In this document: piece after piece, positions 59,542 through 64,000 of the stretch
How the letters are laid out: each line of letters begins with the position of its first letter
Numbering within the stretch: the first letter of the stretch is position 1
DNA from: an uncultured delta proteobacterium
GTDB taxonomy: Bacteria > Desulfobacterota > Desulfobacteria > Desulfobacterales > Desulfosalsimonadaceae
Length of the DNA stretch: 64,000 nucleotides
Assembly (NCBI GenBank): GCA_963826785.1
Contig: CAWGYD010000004.1
Coordinates: 64,001 to 128,000, forward strand
Direction: 5' to 3'
Notes under the pieces: generated by a model
What the model was told of the DNA's origin: nothing
The model's input: the letters and a program-made list of their open reading frames with translations, nothing else
Databases searched by the model: none
Made by a program: the position numbers and the translations under genes

Positions 59542-60561
59542 ATGAAAATATTATTGACGGGCGGTGCCGGTTTTATTGGGAGTCACACCTGTGTCCTGCT
59601 GCTGGAAAGTGGGTATGACGTGGTCATTATTGATAACCTTTCAAACAGCAAGGCAGCGGCCCTGACCTGCATTGAGGAAATTACCCGAAAAAGGGTCGCT
59701 TTCGTGCACGCGGACCTGCGCAATCGGGACGCGGTGGAAAACTTATTTTCAAATCATCGCTTCAATGCGGTCATCCATTTTGCGGGGCTCAAATGCGTGT
59801 CCGAATCCGTCGAGAACCCGTTGTCCTATTATGATAACAACCTCGTGGCGACAATGGTGCTGCTGGATGTGATGCGGCGGCATCATGTCCGGCAACTGGT
59901 ATTCAGCTCCTCGGCCACGGTATATGGTGAGCCCGAAACAATCCCCCTGCCGGAAAGTGCCGCCCTGCGCCCGGTCAACCCCTATGGCCGGACCAAACTG
60001 ATGGTCGAAAAGCTCCTGAAGGACGTTCAGGCCTCTGATCCTTCATGGCGGATTGCCATCCTGCGGTATTTCAATCCTGTGGGCGCGCATCCATCGGGAT
60101 TGATCGGAGAGGACCCCTCGGATATTCCCAACAACCTGATGCCCTACATCAGCAAAGTGGCCGCCGGCGTACTGCCGCAACTCCGGGTCTATGGAAACGA
60201 TTACCCGACTCCGGACGGCACCGGCATCCGGGACTACATTCATGTGATGGATCTGGCGGAGGGGCATTTAAAAGCCATGGAAAGCATCGGCAGGAAAAGT
60301 GGACTGCTGATCTGCAACCTGGGCACGGGCCGGGGGTACAGTGTCCTCGAGATGATCGCTGCATTCGAGGAAGCCTCAAAACGCAAAATCGCATATCAGA
60401 TTGTGGGCCGCCGACCGGGCGATGTCGCAGTCTGTTATGCCGATCCCGCGCTTTCTGAACGGCAGCTGGGATGGAAAGCCGGGCGCGATCTGTCCGCCAT
60501 GTGCAGGGATGCCTGGCACTGGCAGTCGATGAATCCGAAAGGGTACCCGGCGCCAAATTGA
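59542..60561 (+). CDS. galE: UDP-glucose 4-epimerase
   Basis: TGGAGFIGSH, HFAG, FSSSATVYG, YGRTK, LRYFNPVGAH, RDYIHV. Confidence 0.96.
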   Translation: MKILLTGGAGFIGSHTCVLLLESGYDVVIIDNLSNSKAAALTCIEEITRKRVAFVHADLRNRDAVENLFSNHRFNAVIHFAGLKCVSESVENPLSYYDNNLVATMVLLDVMRRHHVRQLVFSSSATVYGEPETIPLPESAALRPVNPYGRTKLMVEKLLKDVQASDPSWRIAILRYFNPVGAHPSGLIGEDPSDIPNNLMPYISKVAAGVLPQLRVYGNDYPTPDGTGIRDYIHVMDLAEGHLKAMESIGRKSGLLICNLGTGRGYSVLEMIAAFEEASKRKIAYQIVGRRPGDVAVCYADPALSERQLGWKAGRDLSAMCRDAWHWQSMNPKGYPAPN

Positions 60562-60713
60562 ATTGATGGCTGAAAGCTTTCCTTTTCTGCACGCCCCGAT
60601 GTTTTTTCTCATTTCGATATCCATTCAGCAAAAAACAATTGTCCGGCCTTTATTGACATCAACAACATCCTGTATTACTTATCCAGTTTGAATCAGAAGA
60701 GGAAAGCCAATCC

Positions 60714-61409
60714 GTGAATCGCATGAGAGAGCTGCACTCAGTTGAGCGGCAGCAGTTTGAAAAGTTATTCAAGCAGGAAAAAATCGACCGGTTCGATGAC
60801 CGCTTCAAGGTATTGGAAGCGTTTTTGAATAAGGAGCGGCACATGACCGCATCCGACCTTGCAGGCGTGCTCAAAGACCAGAAAGTCAGCCTCCCCGAAG
60901 CGTTCATCGAAGAAACCCTGGAATTGATGTGCTACTTCGGGTTCGCCCAGAAGAACCGGTTCAAGAACGGGGACATCCACTATGAACACCGGCACCTGGG
61001 GCAGCATCATGACCATTTGATCTGCACCAAATGCGGCGACATATCGGAATTCAAAAACGACCGGCTGGAGCAGCTGCAGGGCCAGGTATCCTCCCAGCTG
61101 GGTTTTCACATGCTGCAGCACCGGATGGACATATACGGCATCTGCGGCAACTGCCTGAAGGCAAGAGACCAGCAGATGCCGCTCACCGCCGCCAAACAGG
61201 GGGAGCGGGTGGTCATACGGGATTTTCTCGGGGGCGGCGATTTTAAGCTTCGGCTGCTGAGCATGGGGCTGCGGGTGGGAGACGAGCTCGAGGTGATCAC
61301 CAATCATGGCAAAGGGCGGCTGGTGATTGCCGCGGACTACCAGCGATATGTCCTGGGGCCCGGCATGGCCCAGAAAATCATCGTGGCCCAGATGGCCGCG
61401 GCCGACTGA
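60714..61409 (+). CDS. Fur-family regulator fused to a C-terminal FeoA domain
   Basis: HHDHLICTKCG and YGICGNC Fur motifs, then RLLSMGLRVG...YVLGPGMAQKIIV (FeoA). Confidence 0.88.
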   Translation: MNRMRELHSVERQQFEKLFKQEKIDRFDDRFKVLEAFLNKERHMTASDLAGVLKDQKVSLPEAFIEETLELMCYFGFAQKNRFKNGDIHYEHRHLGQHHDHLICTKCGDISEFKNDRLEQLQGQVSSQLGFHMLQHRMDIYGICGNCLKARDQQMPLTAAKQGERVVIRDFLGGGDFKLRLLSMGLRVGDELEVITNHGKGRLVIAADYQRYVLGPGMAQKIIVAQMAAAD

Positions 61410-61453
61410 TTCCCGAAATTAAATTCCATCCGATTTTATCATAAAGGACAGAT

Positions 61454-61684
61454 ATGCGCTTGAGTGACATGAGAGCGGGCCAGTGCGCGCTCATCATCAG
61501 TATCGGCGGGGAGCCCCGGCTTAGGCGGCGTATCCTGGAGATGGGGCTGACCCGGGGGGCGGAAGTCTACGTTGAAAAATATGCGCCCCTGAAAGACCCC
61601 CTGGAACTGGTGGTGCGGGGAAATCACATTTCCCTGCGGGTGAAGGAAGCCGAAGAAATCATCGTCGAACCCAAGGCCACCTGA
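61454..61684 (+). CDS. feoA: Ferrous iron transport protein A
   Basis: RRILEMGL...YAPLKDP...ISLR. Confidence 0.93.
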   Translation: MRLSDMRAGQCALIISIGGEPRLRRRILEMGLTRGAEVYVEKYAPLKDPLELVVRGNHISLRVKEAEEIIVEPKAT

Positions 61685-61692
61685 AGGCGGAT

Positions 61693-63855
61693 ATGGAAAC
61701 AAAGCAGATCCGGATCGCCCTGACCGGAAATCCCAACTCCGGAAAGACCACCATCTTCAACCAGCTCACCGGGACCCGCCAGAAAGTGGGGAACTGGCCC
61801 GGGGTGACGGTGGAAAAAAAAGAGGGCGACATCCAGCGTTTCGGATACGATCTGCAGATCATCGACCTGCCCGGCACCTACAGTCTGACCCCCTTTTCCA
61901 TCGAAGAGATCGTGGCCCGAAACTTCATCCTGGATGAAAAGCCGGATGTGGTCATCGATATCATCGACGCATCCAACCTGGAGCGCAACCTCTATCTGGC
62001 CAATCAGCTGCGGGAACTCGACTGCAAAGTCATATTTGCACTGAACATGGCGGATCAGGCCCGCTCCCGGGGTTTTCGGATCGATGCCAAAAAGATGTCC
62101 GAACTGCTGGGCGTTCCGGTTCTTTTTACGGTGGGCAACAAGGGTGAGGGGCTCGATGAACTGATCCAGACCGCCATCGAACTTTCCAAGACACCCATGG
62201 ACATCCCGGAGGAGCGCAAAGTTCGATACAGCCAGGATATCGAGGCGGCCATCCGCGTGCTCAGACCCTGCATCGCAGAGCGGATCGATGCCTCTTTCCC
62301 CTACAATCTCCGGTGGACCGCCATCAAGCTCCTTGAAGACGACCGGATCATAAAAGAGCGGATCACGCAACGTCTGGGGGCGGAAGGCCGCAAAGTTTTA
62401 GAAAAGGCCCAGGACCTGCGCGGCCGCCTGATGGACCGGTTAAATGACGATCCGGAAATCGTCATGACCGACGAGCGATATGGATTTATCGCCGGCACCG
62501 TCAAGGAAGTCGTGTCTTCCACCACGCACCGGCGGGTGGATATTTCACGCAATATCGACCTGGTCCTCACCAACAAGTTCCTGGGATTTCCCATCTTTGT
62601 TTTCTTCATCTGGGCCATGTTCCAGATGACGTTTACCCTGGGCGCCTATCCCATGGGCTGGCTGGATACCGGGGTCAACGCCCTCTCGGCGGGCCTTGCC
62701 CACCTGCTGCCGGCAGGAATTTTAAAGGATCTGCTCCTGGAAGGAATTATCGCCGGGGTCGGAAGCATCATCATATTTTTGCCCAACATCCTGATTCTGT
62801 TCTTCTGCATCGCCCTGTTTGAAGACACCGGGTACATGGCCCGGGCCGCCTTTTTAATGGACAAGATCATGCACCTGATCGGGCTGCACGGAAAATCCTT
62901 CATCCCCATGCTCATGGGGTTCGGGTGCAGCGTGCCCGCCATCATGGCCACCCGCACCCTGGAAAGCCGCAAGGACCGGATCCTCACCATCCTGATCACC
63001 CCGTTCATGTCCTGCTCAGCCCGGCTGCCGGTCTACATCGTGCTGGCCGGGACTTTTTTTGCCGCCCATGCCGGCACGGTCATTTTCATGATCTATCTCA
63101 CCGGAATCGTCGCGGCCATTCTCACCGGCAGATTGTTCAGGACCGTCCTGCTGAGAGGCGAAGACGCCCCCTTTGTGATGGAGCTTCCCCCTTACCGGGT
63201 CCCCATGATAAAGAGCCTGGTCATCCACATGTGGGACCGGAGCAAGATGTTTTTAAGAAAAATGGGCGGCATCATCCTGATCGGTTCGATTGTGGTGTGG
63301 GGGTTGACCAATTTCCCGCGCAACATTTCCTATTCAACCGATTATGAGACCCGGATCAACGAAATACAGCGGCAGATTCCGCCGGATCAGGCCCTTTCGG
63401 CAGCGCAGAAAACGGAATTGCTGCAGCTTCTCAAAACAGCCCGGGAAAAGGAACGGGCGGAAAAATCATACATCGGGCAAATCGGCAAATTCATCGAGCC
63501 GGCGTTTGCGCCTCTGGGGATCGACTGGCGGGGAAGCGTGTCGCTGCTCACCGGTTTTGTCGCCAAGGAGATCGTGGTGAGCACCATGGGTGTGCTCTAT
63601 GCGGCCGGTGATGCAAACGGTGCCGAATCCGAAGTGCTGCGAAACGCACTGAAAGAATCGGGCATGACCCCGCTGTCTGCGCTTGCCATTATGGTATTTG
63701 TTTTGCTCTATGTCCCCTGCCTGGCCACAGTAAGCGCCATCACCCGGGAAACCGGGTCTCTCAAATGGACCTTCTTCAACATCGGATACACCACCGGCGT
63801 CGCCTGGATTGCTGCGTTTCTTGTTTTCCAGGGGGGGCGCCTGCTGGGGTATTGA
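61693..63855 (+). CDS. feoB: Ferrous iron transport protein B
   Basis: GNPNSGKT, VGNWPGVTV, DLPGTYSL, NMAD, EDTGYMARAA, FVMELPPY, AKEIVV. Confidence 0.98.
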   Translation: METKQIRIALTGNPNSGKTTIFNQLTGTRQKVGNWPGVTVEKKEGDIQRFGYDLQIIDLPGTYSLTPFSIEEIVARNFILDEKPDVVIDIIDASNLERNLYLANQLRELDCKVIFALNMADQARSRGFRIDAKKMSELLGVPVLFTVGNKGEGLDELIQTAIELSKTPMDIPEERKVRYSQDIEAAIRVLRPCIAERIDASFPYNLRWTAIKLLEDDRIIKERITQRLGAEGRKVLEKAQDLRGRLMDRLNDDPEIVMTDERYGFIAGTVKEVVSSTTHRRVDISRNIDLVLTNKFLGFPIFVFFIWAMFQMTFTLGAYPMGWLDTGVNALSAGLAHLLPAGILKDLLLEGIIAGVGSIIIFLPNILILFFCIALFEDTGYMARAAFLMDKIMHLIGLHGKSFIPMLMGFGCSVPAIMATRTLESRKDRILTILITPFMSCSARLPVYIVLAGTFFAAHAGTVIFMIYLTGIVAAILTGRLFRTVLLRGEDAPFVMELPPYRVPMIKSLVIHMWDRSKMFLRKMGGIILIGSIVVWGLTNFPRNISYSTDYETRINEIQRQIPPDQALSAAQKTELLQLLKTAREKERAEKSYIGQIGKFIEPAFAPLGIDWRGSVSLLTGFVAKEIVVSTMGVLYAAGDANGAESEVLRNALKESGMTPLSALAIMVFVLLYVPCLATVSAITRETGSLKWTFFNIGYTTGVAWIAAFLVFQGGRLLGY

Positions 63856-64000
63856 CCATCCATTTTTACTTAATCCAATCCGTTATGGTCTTCTCGGCTC
63901 GCCGGCAAATTATAGGAGGCCGTCCTTGACAGGGGTGCCCGTTTGTGGCATATGGTAAAAAAATAACATTTACGACTTCTTCTTAGCCATAATTGATGAT

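Noticed and set aside
1..64000. CRISPR arrays, transposases, prophage or defence genes
   Set aside because: No regularly spaced repeats or recognisable mobile/defence proteins found

Overview
Core-genome segment of a sulfate-reducing Desulfobacterota bacterium (Desulfobacterales-like, judged from dsrABD-dsrN, cytochrome c3 and HdrA/MvhD/MetVF). In order it carries: translation genes (infB partial, nusA, rimP, tRNA-Gly-CCC, merR-like, pheT, pheS, rplT, rpmI, infC with an AUA start); YkgJ-SDR-YkgJ, dapA, a TPR protein, dsrA-dsrB-dsrD-dsrN and a tetraheme cytochrome c3; a small accessory patch; a PAS sigma54 activator; a metF-like/hdrA/mvhD/metV/metF cluster followed by signalling genes; a sigma54-driven amtB; tat and molybdenum-cofactor genes; polA, map, a SidJ-like pseudokinase, a flavin oxidoreductase, galE and fur-feoA/feoA/feoB. 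No CRISPR array, prophage or intact IS was seen. Two genes that the ORF track splits at in-frame UGA codons are very probably selenoproteins. One is a secreted UshA-like (CGU) domain fused to a tetraheme cytochrome c, divergent from a Cys-rich PAS sigma54 activator. The other is a DUF1573 protein (U-G-C) whose Cys paralog lies 10 kb away. Single-base indels in dsrB, mltA and one hypothetical gene look like assembly errors. All protein calls come from motif recognition; no database searches were run.
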